This document shows, piece by piece, positions 29,774 through 40,611 of a stretch of DNA of 64,000 bases. The position numbers and the translations under genes are program-made. The notes under the pieces were generated by a model that was given only the letters and a program-made list of their open reading frames with translations, was not told where the DNA came from and did no database searches. Source of the DNA: an uncultured Nitrososphaerota archaeon. Lineage in GTDB: Archaea > Thermoproteota > Nitrososphaeria > Nitrososphaerales > Gagatemarchaeaceae. The stretch spans positions 832,001 through 896,000 of the forward strand of contig OY969807.1 in assembly GCA_963703285.1 (NCBI GenBank), given 5' to 3'. The first letter of the stretch is position 1, and the number at the start of each line of letters is the position of its first letter.

Positions 29774-30598
29774 GTGGCGAGCGTGAGCGCCCGCCTAGGA
29801 AAGCGTGCGAGGGTCGACATCTACGCGGCGATACTCGAAGTGGTTCGCCGATACCCCGGAGGGGGAAGGATATCGAGGATATCCTACGGCGTCGGCGTTC
29901 CCATAGACAGGCTCAGGTCGATGCTCGAAGAGCTTAGCGACTTCGGCCTGATCAAGAAATCTACGATGGACGGAGAGGTGAGGTATCTCAGCTCCGTGAG
30001 GGGGCTGGACTTCCTGGAGACCTACTGGAAGATGAACGCATTCCTAGAGACGTTCGAAGGCGTTCAGACCCGCGAGCTGGCAGCCGTTATGTTCACGGAC
30101 ATCCACGCTTACTCCGCGATGGTGCAGAGGGACGAGAAGAACGCGCTCAGGCTCGTGCAGGAGCACGAGAAAGTTGTCAGAGGCCTGCTTCCCCGATTCG
30201 GTGGTCGCGAGGTCAAGACGATTGGCGACTCCTTCCTGATAGAGTTTACAAGTGCCCTCGAGGCGTGTCATTGCGCCATCGAGCTCCAAAACACAATGCA
30301 GCGCAGGAACCTCGGAGTCGACGCGACCGAGAGGGTGGAGCTGCGCGTGGGGATTCACGTAGGCGATGTGGAAAGGAGGGGTTCGGACATAGTGGGAGAT
30401 TCGGTCAACATCTCCTCGCGAATCCAAGAATCGGCGGGAGCAGGGGAGATCTACATGTCTCGCCAGGTGTTCGACCAGGTCTGGAACAAGCTCGAGAACC
30501 ACATCACGGAGATTGGTCCGGTTGAGCTCAAGAACCTACAGTCTCCGGTGGAGCTATTCAGGATTGACCTCGATTCCGTTGGACGGCCTCCAGACTGA
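29774..30598 (+). CDS. winged-HTH - class III nucleotidyl cyclase fusion
   Basis: N-terminal RARVDIYAAIL...ISRISYG; C-terminal FTDI, VKTIGD, RVGIHVG, DIVGDSVNISSRI. Confidence 0.85.
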   Translation: MASVSARLGKRARVDIYAAILEVVRRYPGGGRISRISYGVGVPIDRLRSMLEELSDFGLIKKSTMDGEVRYLSSVRGLDFLETYWKMNAFLETFEGVQTRELAAVMFTDIHAYSAMVQRDEKNALRLVQEHEKVVRGLLPRFGGREVKTIGDSFLIEFTSALEACHCAIELQNTMQRRNLGVDATERVELRVGIHVGDVERRGSDIVGDSVNISSRIQESAGAGEIYMSRQVFDQVWNKLENHITEIGPVELKNLQSPVELFRIDLDSVGRPPD

Positions 30599-30647
30599 GG
30601 CCGATCGCGCGACTCCCGACCCAAAGGGACCAGCCAAACCGATTTCC

Positions 30648-31874
30648 CTAAACGGGTAGCTCGGCCTGCGTGGGGTTCTCCTCCGGGAAGGACCTCCTTG
30701 CGTACCTGGCCAGTAGGAACCCCTGCAGAGTAATCGAGATGAAGGCCACCGCCAGGACGACCGTCACTATCAGCTCCTTCTGGGGAAGCGTCGCCGGGAG
30801 GGAGGTTGCTAGGACGATTGAGAGCGCGCCCCTCATGCCTCCCAGCGTCGCCGTCCTCTTCCAAGAATCGGGAATCCTCTGTCTTCCCACCCTGGCTAGC
30901 CCCAGGATAGAGTAGACAGAGGTCAGCCTGGCCACCATGACGGCGAGATAGGCTATCAGGATCGGGGCGAGGAAGTTGTAGAACTGACCGATGTCCGTCC
31001 CCAGGCCGATGAAGAGGAACGCGACCGTGTTGGCGAAGAAGGAGAGGACGGACCAGAAGTTCTTGACGTACGCCTTGCGCTCCGGGAGGTCCCTCCTCGA
31101 GGAGGCGAACGCGTAGCCCATCCCCGTCGTCGCCACCGCGATAAGACCGGAGACCCCCAGCGAGCTGGCGAGAGAGTAGGAGCCGTAGACGGCCACGAGG
31201 GTCAGGATCGACTCCGTTATCGAGTCCCTCACCAACCTGAGGAGCCTGTCCGCTGCGAATGCGACGCCAAGCCCGATGATGACGCCCCCTGCGAAGACGT
31301 AGAGGAACTGGGCTAATGCGGAGAAAAGGCTGAAGCCCGCCGCGCCGAGCGAGGTCAGCAAGAGGGTGAAGACTACTAGCCCCGTGGCGTCGTTGAAGAC
31401 CGCTTCGGTGTCCATCATCGCGGATAGCCTCACGGGGACCTTGACCCTCCTAAAGATCTCAAGGACGGTCGCGGTGTCGGTGGGCGAGATTATAGCCGCG
31501 AAGAGGAACGCCGGATATGGTGGCACTCGGGCGATGGCCCAGAGGAGCAGTCCCGTGATGACGGTCGCCACGGCGACCCCCACCGTGGCGAGGGTGAGCG
31601 CCGGTCTCAGGACAGGCCTCAGCTCCTCGGGCTTCACGTTCATCATCGTCTCGAATAGGAGCGGAGGGAGCACCAGTCCGACGAAGAGGCCGCCGGCCGA
31701 TAGCTGGTTGTAGATCACGTCGACGCCCGTCAAGGACGAGATGGAGAGGGCGGCGAACGCCACGCCGGCGAGGACGAGGACGACGGTGTAGGGGATCTTC
31801 GACCTCGAGGAGATCAGGGACGCCGCGAGCGCCGTCGCGAGGAATGCGGTGATGATGATCTCGGTCGGGGGCAC
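30648..31874 (-). CDS. CPA1-family Na+/H+ antiporter
   Basis: LPPLLFE, ISPTD, EAVFNDATG, GGMRGALS. Confidence 0.92.
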   Translation of the reverse strand: MPPTEIIITAFLATALAASLISSRSKIPYTVVLVLAGVAFAALSISSLTGVDVIYNQLSAGGLFVGLVLPPLLFETMMNVKPEELRPVLRPALTLATVGVAVATVITGLLLWAIARVPPYPAFLFAAIISPTDTATVLEIFRRVKVPVRLSAMMDTEAVFNDATGLVVFTLLLTSLGAAGFSLFSALAQFLYVFAGGVIIGLGVAFAADRLLRLVRDSITESILTLVAVYGSYSLASSLGVSGLIAVATTGMGYAFASSRRDLPERKAYVKNFWSVLSFFANTVAFLFIGLGTDIGQFYNFLAPILIAYLAVMVARLTSVYSILGLARVGRQRIPDSWKRTATLGGMRGALSIVLATSLPATLPQKELIVTVVLAVAFISITLQGFLLARYARRSFPEENPTQAELPV

Positions 31875-31927
31875 GACGGACGTGAGTATGGCGGCGGCAC
31901 TCTTTCTGTTTTTGGGTGCGCGGAGAT

Positions 31928-32977
31928 TCAGCGGGCCGACGTGAGGTAGCCCGCGATCTTCTCGACGGGATCCTCCATCGAGTCGAGCAGCCGCTTGGCC
32001 TTCCTCTTGCAGTGATCCTGATACTTCCTCGTGAGGGACTTCCTGACGAGCCTAGCCAGCGCGTCGAGGTGGTGCGTCTTGAGCAGGAGGCCCATGGAGA
32101 GGAGGTACCTCTCGGTGTACAGGCCCGACCCCTGATAGGCCGAGACCGTCGGGACACCGATCAGCGCGGCCTCCGTCGTCATGGTCCCTCCCATGCCGAT
32201 GAAGACGTCTGACTGTCTGATCAGTCCGGCCCCGTCGACGACCTTCTCGGGGACGTAGAAGGTGTCGCCGAACGTGCTCTTCACCATCTCGAGCTGATCC
32301 TGGTACCGGCACAGGGCTATGAGGTTGCAATCCTTGAATTCATCCGAGAGGCGCTGGAGGACCTTGCCCGTCCACCCCTGGTCGGTCCCGATCATGTAGG
32401 GGGCGTACGACTCCTCCAGCCGGACGAGGATGGTCGGCTTTCCCGGCTCCACCTTGATCTCGGGCCCCTTGGACCTCGCCTCCCTCTTCAGCCAGGCGGC
32501 AGGGTCCAGGGCGTGGTACTTGGTTATCTCGCTCCTCTGGAGCCCGAAGCGGTACCAGGCGATGTACGGGATGACCCAGGGCGTGAGGAGGTGCTGCGAG
32601 AACGGGAGCGACAGCTTGCCGGCTATGACCGAGTGAGGGGAGTCGCTGACCGCGACGTGCTTTACCCTTATGCCGAACGAGATCCGGGCGCAGTCGGCAG
32701 AGGCGACGGAGACCGAGGCGTCCGGCTGGAAATCGGCCACGAGGGGTAGCATGGAGTTCATTCGTTCGAGGCTCGCCCTGAGCTGGTCGTAGGTCCCCTT
32801 CCCCCCGCGCGACCCGACGAACTTCAGCTCCACCCCGAGCATCGCTGCGAGCTGCTCGACCTCCCGATAGTGCCGCGAGGTGGCGAGCACCTGGTGGTCC
32901 CTGGCCTTCAGCTCTTGGATGACAGGGTTGAAGAGCAGGAGCTGCTTCGGAGTCAGGACGTCGAACCAGAAACGCAA
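31928..32977 (-). CDS. DUF354 GT-B-like protein
   Basis: WFDVLTPKQ, GGTMTTEAALIGVP. Confidence 0.85.
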   Translation of the reverse strand: MRFWFDVLTPKQLLLFNPVIQELKARDHQVLATSRHYREVEQLAAMLGVELKFVGSRGGKGTYDQLRASLERMNSMLPLVADFQPDASVSVASADCARISFGIRVKHVAVSDSPHSVIAGKLSLPFSQHLLTPWVIPYIAWYRFGLQRSEITKYHALDPAAWLKREARSKGPEIKVEPGKPTILVRLEESYAPYMIGTDQGWTGKVLQRLSDEFKDCNLIALCRYQDQLEMVKSTFGDTFYVPEKVVDGAGLIRQSDVFIGMGGTMTTEAALIGVPTVSAYQGSGLYTERYLLSMGLLLKTHHLDALARLVRKSLTRKYQDHCKRKAKRLLDSMEDPVEKIAGYLTSAR

Positions 32978-33103
32978 GGGAGGCTTGTTGCACCTCGAGG
33001 CTTAAAAATCGTTCCGAATTGCCTCCCATGAGTTCGTCGCGCGCCACGTGAGGTTGAAAGCTATATCACCTTCGGGCCGTGATGGTGCGCCGAGCTCATA
33101 GAG

Positions 33104-34228
33104 TTGCAGAAGATCAAGGTCGCGGTCTACGGTCTCACCACCGAGGGGTACAACATCGCGTCTCAGGTGGTCGAGAGGGCCTCGGTCACGATCGTCGACG
33201 ATACGCTGCAGATGGCGATGGACCTCAACGCCCAGACGGTGAGGGACAACCCCACGCTCCAGGAGCTCGTGGGAGGGGAGTCGCTCATGGGCCTGAAGCC
33301 GGTGTCTCAGGTCCTCACTGAGGCGAGCGTCATCTTCTTCACGCCCAAGCTCAGGAAGACGGGCGACGAGTCAGTCATAGAGGCCAACGCCAAGATGCGC
33401 GAGGTCGCAAAGAATGTGACGAAGGGCGCGACCGTCGTGAACGCCCTCCCGGTCGGGATAGGAGGGAACGACGACAACATCGCTCTGATCGAGAAGCAGA
33501 CGGGGCTGAAGATAGGCGAGGGACTGAACTACGGCTACTCCCCCATGAGGCCGGGGGGCGCGGCGACGACGGTCGCCGTCTCGGCAATGACGAGGAGTCA
33601 GGGCGGAGTCGAGGACCTGGGCCTGCGGGCCACCTACGGGAACATCACCTCAGCCGAGCTCGAGTACGCGTCGCTCGTCCTGAACGAGAGCACCTCGGTG
33701 GCGACCGAGATCGAGCTCATGAGGAAGGCCAAGGGCCTGAAGCCCATAGGAGGAAAGACGGCGGAGAGGTACATCGACGACCTGGCCGCCCACGTCTACG
33801 ACCTCACAGCCATACAGTCGAGCGAGGACGTGGGGGAGCCCCTCACCTACCTGGCGGGCGCCGCGATAAAGAGCCTCGAGAACCACGTCCGCTACATCGT
33901 GGACGAGACCAGGGAGCTCCTGAGGGAGCTCCAGCTCAAGGCTAGCAGGACCAGGGTACTGGTTGCGTGGACCGTCGACAGGTACGAGATGCGGGCGGAC
34001 AGAATGAAGACGGCCGAGTCGCTGGTGGAGAGGCTGAGAGACTACGTCACGGACGTAAAGCAGGCGCAGATGGGAGTAGGTCGTGAGGAGGTAGTCGACT
34101 CGTACAAGCACAACATCGCCATTGTCTGCTCCGCGGCGGACCTCGAGTGGATGAAGAGCCTGAGGACGGGTTCAAGGTCGTCCGAGCTCTCGCTGCTGAG
34201 GGCGACGGCGGCGCTCCAGAGAGGATAA
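33104..34228 (+). CDS. degenerate nucleotide-sugar dehydrogenase-like protein
   Basis: Rossmann-like VAVYGL; PVGIG...IEKQTGLKIGE segment; catalytic GxC motif not seen. Confidence 0.6.
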   Translation: MQKIKVAVYGLTTEGYNIASQVVERASVTIVDDTLQMAMDLNAQTVRDNPTLQELVGGESLMGLKPVSQVLTEASVIFFTPKLRKTGDESVIEANAKMREVAKNVTKGATVVNALPVGIGGNDDNIALIEKQTGLKIGEGLNYGYSPMRPGGAATTVAVSAMTRSQGGVEDLGLRATYGNITSAELEYASLVLNESTSVATEIELMRKAKGLKPIGGKTAERYIDDLAAHVYDLTAIQSSEDVGEPLTYLAGAAIKSLENHVRYIVDETRELLRELQLKASRTRVLVAWTVDRYEMRADRMKTAESLVERLRDYVTDVKQAQMGVGREEVVDSYKHNIAIVCSAADLEWMKSLRTGSRSSELSLLRATAALQRG

Positions 34229-34286
34229 ATTTCTAAATCGTTAAGAGGGCTCGAACGGGGAGGGCGGTCAGGTTCGTGAGGAACAG

Positions 34287-35222
34287 TTGACAAGCATAGC
34301 CGTCATCGGGACTGGAGGCTGGGGGAAGAACCACGTCAGGGTGCTTAGCGAGCTAGGTGTGCTCTCGGCAGTCTGCGACATCGACAGGTCCAGGGCCGAA
34401 TCTTACGCCAGGAAGCACGGCGTCACAGCCTACGGCGACGTCGACGAGATGATCCAGAACGAGAGGCTGGACGGGGTCACGATAGCGACCCCGGCTACCA
34501 CCCACTTTGCTGTCGCCTCGAAGACCCTGCGGGCCGGCATCAACTCCTTCGTCGAGAAGCCGATGACGAGCTCTCTGAAGGAGGGCGAGGAGCTCATCGA
34601 GGTCGCAAAACAATCCGGGAAGATCCTCACGGTGGGGTTCATCGAGAGGTTCAACCCCGCGATATCCGAGCTGAAGAAGATAATCAACGAGGGGAAGCTC
34701 GGAAGCCCGATACTCTTCCAGTACCACAGGGAGAACAGGCGCGGCGACAACATCACGGACGTCGGGGTGGTGAAGGACGCCTCGGTCCACGACATCGATA
34801 CCGCCCGGTGGCTCTTCGGGGAGGAGCCGAAGACGGTCTACGCACGCGTCGGCTCCGTGATGGGGAAGAACGAGGACATCGCGACGATCCTGCTCGGTTT
34901 CGGCGGCGAGAGGACCGCCTTCATCACCACCAACTGGGTCACTCCGATGCGAGTCAGGGAGCTCAACGCCGTCTTCACGAAGGGAGAGGTTACGGTCGAT
35001 TTCATAACCCAGGAGATGCAGATCCACGAGGAGGAGGAAACGCGGGTCCCGAAGCACGTCTTCACGGAGCCCCTGGTCCTCGAGCTCAAGGAGTTCATCT
35101 CGGCGATCGAGGAGAAGAGGCAGCCTCTCGTGACGGGAAGGGACGGACTGAGCGTGATCAGGATCGCTGAGGCGGTGCTCGCATCGAGCAAGAGCGGAAG
35201 CCCGATCTACCTGCCCCCGTAG
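34287..35222 (+). CDS. Gfo/Idh/MocA oxidoreductase
   Basis: GTGGWGKNH, VEKPM, GFIERFNP, VHDID. Confidence 0.92.
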   Translation: MTSIAVIGTGGWGKNHVRVLSELGVLSAVCDIDRSRAESYARKHGVTAYGDVDEMIQNERLDGVTIATPATTHFAVASKTLRAGINSFVEKPMTSSLKEGEELIEVAKQSGKILTVGFIERFNPAISELKKIINEGKLGSPILFQYHRENRRGDNITDVGVVKDASVHDIDTARWLFGEEPKTVYARVGSVMGKNEDIATILLGFGGERTAFITTNWVTPMRVRELNAVFTKGEVTVDFITQEMQIHEEEETRVPKHVFTEPLVLELKEFISAIEEKRQPLVTGRDGLSVIRIAEAVLASSKSGSPIYLPP

Positions 35223-35380
35223 TCCGTCTCGGGGCTGGGCGCGTCCGAACTGGCACCGCTAACTCGTCGGGACTTGTACTCGTTTCCGGGTCGAAGTCTC
35301 GTCTTGAGCTCTGAGTGAGGAGCTGACGGGCTAACGGTTCCTCCGGCTCCCGGAAAGGGTTAAAGCGGAGAAGCACCTCT

Positions 35381-36484
35381 TTGCGATTCATGCCAGAGCT
35401 GAGATCCAGGCTGGAGGTCGCCTCGGGAAAGCCTGCGGATCTCTACTCGACGCTACCGAACGGACGGGTCCAGTGCACAGCCTGCGCCAGGAGGTGCCAG
35501 ATAGGGGAGGGCCAGATCGGTCTGTGCGGGATAAGGGGCGTGGTGGGCGGACGGCTGTACCTCCTCAACTATGGAAGGATCATAGCCGGGCACGTCGACC
35601 CCATAGAGAAGAAGCCGGTAATCCACTATCACCCGGGGTCAAAGATCTTCTCGATCGCGACGACGGGATGTTCCTGGCTCTGCCGATTCTGCCAGAACTC
35701 TGACATAAGCCAGAGGAGGAAGATAGAGGGCGTAGAGACCACCCCCAGGCGCGTGGTCGAGCTCGCGGTCGAGAACGGGTGTGAGGGCATCGCCTACACC
35801 TACAACGAGCCGTCGATATTCATCGAGTACGCCCGCGACGTCGGGAAGTTGGCGCACAGCAAGGGCATCTTCAACATTTTCGTCTCGAACGGATACGATA
35901 CCCCCGAGACCGTGGGGGCGATGAGCGAGTTCCTGGATTGCCTGACGGTGGACTTCAAGGGGAGCGGTGAGACGGGCTTCGTCAGGAGCGTGATACACAT
36001 ACCAGACGCCGAGCCGATCTTCCAGACCCTCCTCGAGGTGAAGCAGAGGACGAAGATACACCTGGAGGTGACCGACCTCATCGTCCCGGGCATCGGTGAC
36101 AACCTGGACAGCGCGCGCAAGCTCGCCAGGTGGATCTACGACAACCTCGGGCCGGACACCCCGATCCACTTTCTGAGGTTCCATCCCGACTACAACATGA
36201 TGGACACGCCCATCACCCCGGTCAGAACCCTCGAGAAACACTACGAGGTCGCCAAGAAGGAGGGCCTCAGGTACGTCTACATCGGTAACGTCCCGGGCCA
36301 CCCCGCGGAGAACACCTACTGCCCTGGCTGCAACGCTCTACTCATCGAGCGGACGGGCTACGACATAGGAGCGTACACGCTGGACGATGAGGGGAGGTGC
36401 CGGTCCTGCGGATACCAGACGCCGATCGTGGGTCCCCTTTCCAAGTCCGCCGGCGAGTTCAGGTTCCTGCCTGTAATCGGATAG
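35381..36484 (+). CDS. amrS: AmmeMemoRadiSam system radical SAM enzyme
   Basis: DPIEKKP, CSWLCRFCQN, YTYNEP, RFHPDY, YIGNVPG, CPGC. Confidence 0.9.
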   Translation: MRFMPELRSRLEVASGKPADLYSTLPNGRVQCTACARRCQIGEGQIGLCGIRGVVGGRLYLLNYGRIIAGHVDPIEKKPVIHYHPGSKIFSIATTGCSWLCRFCQNSDISQRRKIEGVETTPRRVVELAVENGCEGIAYTYNEPSIFIEYARDVGKLAHSKGIFNIFVSNGYDTPETVGAMSEFLDCLTVDFKGSGETGFVRSVIHIPDAEPIFQTLLEVKQRTKIHLEVTDLIVPGIGDNLDSARKLARWIYDNLGPDTPIHFLRFHPDYNMMDTPITPVRTLEKHYEVAKKEGLRYVYIGNVPGHPAENTYCPGCNALLIERTGYDIGAYTLDDEGRCRSCGYQTPIVGPLSKSAGEFRFLPVIG

Positions 36485-37412
36485 GCACTTGGGATTCCTT
36501 TAGGAACCGGTCCGCGTCGAGAGCGGCCTTGCACCCGTCGGCGGCGGCGGTGACGGCCTGCCGATAGCGGAAGTCGCGGACGTCTCCCGCCACGAAGACA
36601 CCCTTGATGTTCGTCTCGGTCTCGCGCCTTGCGACGATGTACCCGTTGCCGTCCATGTCCAGCTGCCCCTTGAAGATCGCCGTGTTCGGGTCGTAGCCTA
36701 TCGCGACGAAGAGGCCGTCGAACTGCTGCCAGCTCTCCGCCCCCGTCTTGACGTTCCTGATTCTCAGCCCGTCGACCCTCTTCTCGCCCGTGACCTCGAT
36801 TACCGTGGAGTCCCAGAGGAAGCTGAGCTTCGGATCGGAGAAGGCCTCCTTCTGGAGGGCGTCCGAAGCCCGGAGGGCGTCCCTCCGGTGAATCACCGTC
36901 ACGCTGCTCGCCAGCGGACTCAGATAGGTCGCCTCCTCCAGAGCAGTATCTCCTCCGCCTACCACGGCCAGCTTCTTCCCCTTGAAGAAGAACCCGTCGC
37001 AGACGGCGCAGTTTGAGACGCCCTTCCCCATCAGCCGCGCCTCCGACTCGAGGTTGAGTCTCCGGGGGTTCGCTCCGCTCGCAACTATGACGCTGAGGGC
37101 GCGCCTCTCCTCCTGCGGCGTCTTGACGACGAAGGGGTAGGTCAGGAGATTCACCTCGATGACGTCATCCTGTATGAGCTCCGCCCCCACCCTCTCGGCC
37201 TGGGCCCGCATCTGGTCCATGAGGTCGGGGCCCGTGATGGGTTCCTTGAAGCCCGGATAGTTCTCTACGTCGCTCGTCACCATGAGCTGGCCCCCGTACT
37301 TCGACCCCATGTAGAGGACGGGGGACAGTCCGGCCCTCGCCGCGTAAATCGCCGCGGTCAGGCCCGCCGGGCCCGAACCAATTATCACTACCTTGCTATC
37401 TCCGCTCTCCAT
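36459..37412 (-). CDS. trxB: thioredoxin-disulfide reductase
   Basis: GSGPAG, CAVCDG, GGGD, AGDV. Confidence 0.95.
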   Translation of the reverse strand: MESGDSKVVIIGSGPAGLTAAIYAARAGLSPVLYMGSKYGGQLMVTSDVENYPGFKEPITGPDLMDQMRAQAERVGAELIQDDVIEVNLLTYPFVVKTPQEERRALSVIVASGANPRRLNLESEARLMGKGVSNCAVCDGFFFKGKKLAVVGGGDTALEEATYLSPLASSVTVIHRRDALRASDALQKEAFSDPKLSFLWDSTVIEVTGEKRVDGLRIRNVKTGAESWQQFDGLFVAIGYDPNTAIFKGQLDMDGNGYIVARRETETNIKGVFVAGDVRDFRYRQAVTAAADGCKAALDADRFLKESQVPIRLQAGT

Positions 37413-37489
37413 AGAAGACGCCTTGAACTCGGCAACCCACCGTAGGTCTTGATAAACCTATTCGGACAGCCGCGACGGCGTCCGCCCTG

Positions 37490-39172
37490 CTAGGCCTGCT
37501 TCCCTTCCCTCTGCGCGACGTTCAGCAGGTCGGAGAGGTGGTTGGTGGCACCGTCCCACCGCTTCCTGTAGTTAGGAAGGAGCCTGCGGAAGGTCTCCTC
37601 TCTCATCCTCCTGCTGTGGTACTGGTCGTAGAGGTTGAGCAGATCCTTGGCAGACCTGTCCTCTTCCCTCTCGGCGTCCTGGATCTGGCTCATCAGGTCG
37701 ACGAACCGCTTGCTCCCCGCAGACTGTCTCAGCTCGTTCAGCCTGTTTGTCGACCGCGACTTCAGGGCGTCTATCTCGTTGCGTATCTTCGCGAAATCGG
37801 CCCTCGTCACGGTTCCCTGCGACTTGGCGGCCGACTGCGTCAGGAACTGCCCGAAGACGCCCACCTTGTCCTCGAGGCCCTTGATGAGGTCGGGGAGCAT
37901 TTCGGTGACCTTCCCCTCCTCTTCCTCACCCTCCTCCTTCTGTTCTCTCTTGGGCCGCCTCAGGGCAAGAACGACGAACGAGGCGACGAAGAGGAGCGCG
38001 GCGAGCGGGACCGCGCCACCGGCCGCCCACCCAACGCTGACGGAGTAGCTCAGGTCAACCGTTCCCTGGTTGAATGGCGTCGCGTTGGTGACTCTCGTCT
38101 CACCCTGCCCGACGGAGTGCATGCCGGGGGGTAGCTGGGTCGTCACGACGTAGCTCCCGACGACCGCCTGGATTGGGAGGGTGTAGGGGAGCGAGACGGA
38201 GACCGTGCTCCCTGAGGTCTTGACCAGCGAGCTGGGGGCGTTGTAAAGCATCGCGAAGGTGAAGTTGGCCCCCGCCGGTATCGATTCCGAGAAGGGCGGG
38301 TTCGTCAAGGTCAGGGAACCGTCGGTCAGGGAGACGATCGTCGGATCGACCAACGGTGGGTTGCTCCACGGGACTATTGTGATGGTGCCGATGCTGCTAG
38401 AGAGGAGCGTTAGAGGGAGGTCGCTGACGGTGTAGGATGCGAGGTTCCTCAGGCTGACCAGGTCCTCGACCTGGGGGTAGCCGTTCCCGCTCGGGACAAT
38501 CGTTCTTGTGACGCTGAACACCTGGACGGGGAGGAAGGTGGCCTCGTCCGTCGCGTTGAGGACCTCGGTCTTGGTCAGGATCGCGGAAGTCACGTTGCTC
38601 TTTACCTCCGAGTAGCTCGGTGGCGAGCTGGTCGGAGAGGAGACCCACCCGCTCGGGAGCGAGGGCGTGAGCGTTCCACCCGACGGGACCTCGACTATCA
38701 GGTTCAGTGTGTTGACCACGATGTTGACGGATGGGCTGAGGAGGACGACAGCCCCGAACTTCTTCGTGGATCCCGCTGTTATGTTAAGAACGTTGTTCAG
38801 GTAGGCCTCCACAGAAACCTTGGTCGTGGTCCCCGCGGAGAGAGAGGGCGAACTCGGGGTGACCGTGATAGTCGTAACGGTCCCGTTGTCCGAAGGCGAC
38901 CCGGTGAACCCGGACTGGGGGACGACGAACGAGACTGCGTGCGAGGCGACGCTGTCGGGAATCCCGAGCTGGAACGAAGGTATCTGGACGGTCGACGTCC
39001 CGTTGTTGTGGAAGGTGACCGTGTCGTTCAGAACCCCGAAGCCGAACTCGTTGATCTGGTACGTGTGCGTCAGCGTGATGATGGGTGACCCGCTCGACTG
39101 GGCCGCTGCTGGGGCTGCGAGGGGCAGGAGGAGCAGGATTGCCACGCACACCAGCAGAAGTCTCCTAATCAA
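37490..39172 (-). CDS. secreted single-pass membrane protein with cytoplasmic helical tail (ribophorin-I-like architecture)
   Basis: signal peptide, long beta-rich region, TM segment, coiled-coil C-terminus. Confidence 0.7.
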   Translation of the reverse strand: MIRRLLLVCVAILLLLPLAAPAAAQSSGSPIITLTHTYQINEFGFGVLNDTVTFHNNGTSTVQIPSFQLGIPDSVASHAVSFVVPQSGFTGSPSDNGTVTTITVTPSSPSLSAGTTTKVSVEAYLNNVLNITAGSTKKFGAVVLLSPSVNIVVNTLNLIVEVPSGGTLTPSLPSGWVSSPTSSPPSYSEVKSNVTSAILTKTEVLNATDEATFLPVQVFSVTRTIVPSGNGYPQVEDLVSLRNLASYTVSDLPLTLLSSSIGTITIVPWSNPPLVDPTIVSLTDGSLTLTNPPFSESIPAGANFTFAMLYNAPSSLVKTSGSTVSVSLPYTLPIQAVVGSYVVTTQLPPGMHSVGQGETRVTNATPFNQGTVDLSYSVSVGWAAGGAVPLAALLFVASFVVLALRRPKREQKEEGEEEEGKVTEMLPDLIKGLEDKVGVFGQFLTQSAAKSQGTVTRADFAKIRNEIDALKSRSTNRLNELRQSAGSKRFVDLMSQIQDAEREEDRSAKDLLNLYDQYHSRRMREETFRRLLPNYRKRWDGATNHLSDLLNVAQREGKQA

Positions 39173-39228
39173 CGGGGTTCATAGCCCCAGTGAATACGTA
39201 TTTTAACCATTTTTCTCGGAGCGGGGAC

Positions 39229-40611
39229 ATGCCCTCGCAGGTACGGCACCCCTTCCTCCCCAACCTCGATGACGAAATCGTGAAGGACATGCTGAGGCGG
39301 GTAGGGGCCTCATCAGTCTCTGAGCTCTTCTCCGACATCCCGCCCGAGCTCGCCCTCAAGCGCCGACTGGCGATACCCGAGGGCCAGCCAGAGGCTTCCG
39401 TCAGGAGAGAGGTGACCAGGAGGCTGGCGGCGGACGTCACCCCGCCCGATGCTCTCTGCTTTCTGGGCGGAGGAGTCTGGCCGCACTACATACCTGCAGC
39501 GGTCGAGTCGATCATCTCGAGGCAGGAGTTTTACACGAGCTACACGCCGTACCAGCCCGAGATAAGCCAGGGAATCCTGCAGGCGCTCTTCGAGTACCAG
39601 AGCCTGATGTGCGACCTCCTGGGCATGCAGGCGTGCAACAGCTCGATGTACGACTGGGCGTCGGGCGCCGCGGAGGCGGTGAGGATGGCCGCGAGGGCGA
39701 GGAACCGGTCCACCTTCCTGATAGCTGAGAGCGTTGGGCCGCAGAGGAGGGAGGTCATCAGGACCTACGTCGAGCCGATGGGGCTCGCGCTGAGGACGGT
39801 CGGGTTCGACCGCACGACGGGCGAGCTGGACCAGAAGTCGCTCGAGGGGAGCCTCGGGCCGGACGTCGCCGGAATCTACTTCGAGAACCCGAACTTCTTC
39901 GGTGTCATCGAAGAGGAGGCGGAGCAGACCGTCGAGAAGGTCCACCGGGCGGGAGGCCTCGGAGTGGTGGGGGTCGACCCTGTCTCGCTCTCGGTGCTCA
40001 AGGAGCCGGGGAGCTACGGGGCCGACGTCGTCGTGGGTGAGGGGCAGCCCCTCGGAATCCCGATGAACTTCGGGGGACCCCACCTTGGGATATTCGCGGT
40101 GCGCGACATGAGCCTCGCGAGGTCGATGCCCGGCAGGATGATAGGGATGACGACGACGAAGGACGAGGGCGAGAGGGCGTTCTGCATGGTGCTCCAGACG
40201 AGGGAGCAGCACATCAGGAGGGAGCGTGCGTCCTCCAACATATGCACCAACCAGGCCCTGCTGGCCCTCGCGGCCGCGAGCTACCTCTCCCTCCTGGGGA
40301 AGAACGGCTTCGCACAGCTCGGCGAGGTCGTCGCCGGAAACTCTCACTACGCCGCCGAGATGATAGGAAGGATCGAGGGGGTCGATTCGCCCCTCTTCGA
40401 AGGTCCCTTCTTCAAGGAGTTCGCCGTCGGTTACAGGGAGGCGAAGGCCGAGGACGTGTACAGCGGGCTCTCCCGCAAGGGCATACTGGGCGGGTACCCC
40501 CTGACCCGTGACTTCACTGGGATAGGCGAAGCCGGCGGCTACTGCGTCACCGAGGTCCACTCCTCGGACGACGTTTCGAGGCTGGTCGACGCCCTGGGGG
40601 AGGTGCTCTGA
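39229..40611 (+). CDS. gcvPA: glycine dehydrogenase subunit 1
   Basis: YTPYQPEISQG, FGGPHLG, QTREQHIRRERASSNICTN. Confidence 0.96.
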   Translation: MPSQVRHPFLPNLDDEIVKDMLRRVGASSVSELFSDIPPELALKRRLAIPEGQPEASVRREVTRRLAADVTPPDALCFLGGGVWPHYIPAAVESIISRQEFYTSYTPYQPEISQGILQALFEYQSLMCDLLGMQACNSSMYDWASGAAEAVRMAARARNRSTFLIAESVGPQRREVIRTYVEPMGLALRTVGFDRTTGELDQKSLEGSLGPDVAGIYFENPNFFGVIEEEAEQTVEKVHRAGGLGVVGVDPVSLSVLKEPGSYGADVVVGEGQPLGIPMNFGGPHLGIFAVRDMSLARSMPGRMIGMTTTKDEGERAFCMVLQTREQHIRRERASSNICTNQALLALAAASYLSLLGKNGFAQLGEVVAGNSHYAAEMIGRIEGVDSPLFEGPFFKEFAVGYREAKAEDVYSGLSRKGILGGYPLTRDFTGIGEAGGYCVTEVHSSDDVSRLVDALGEVL

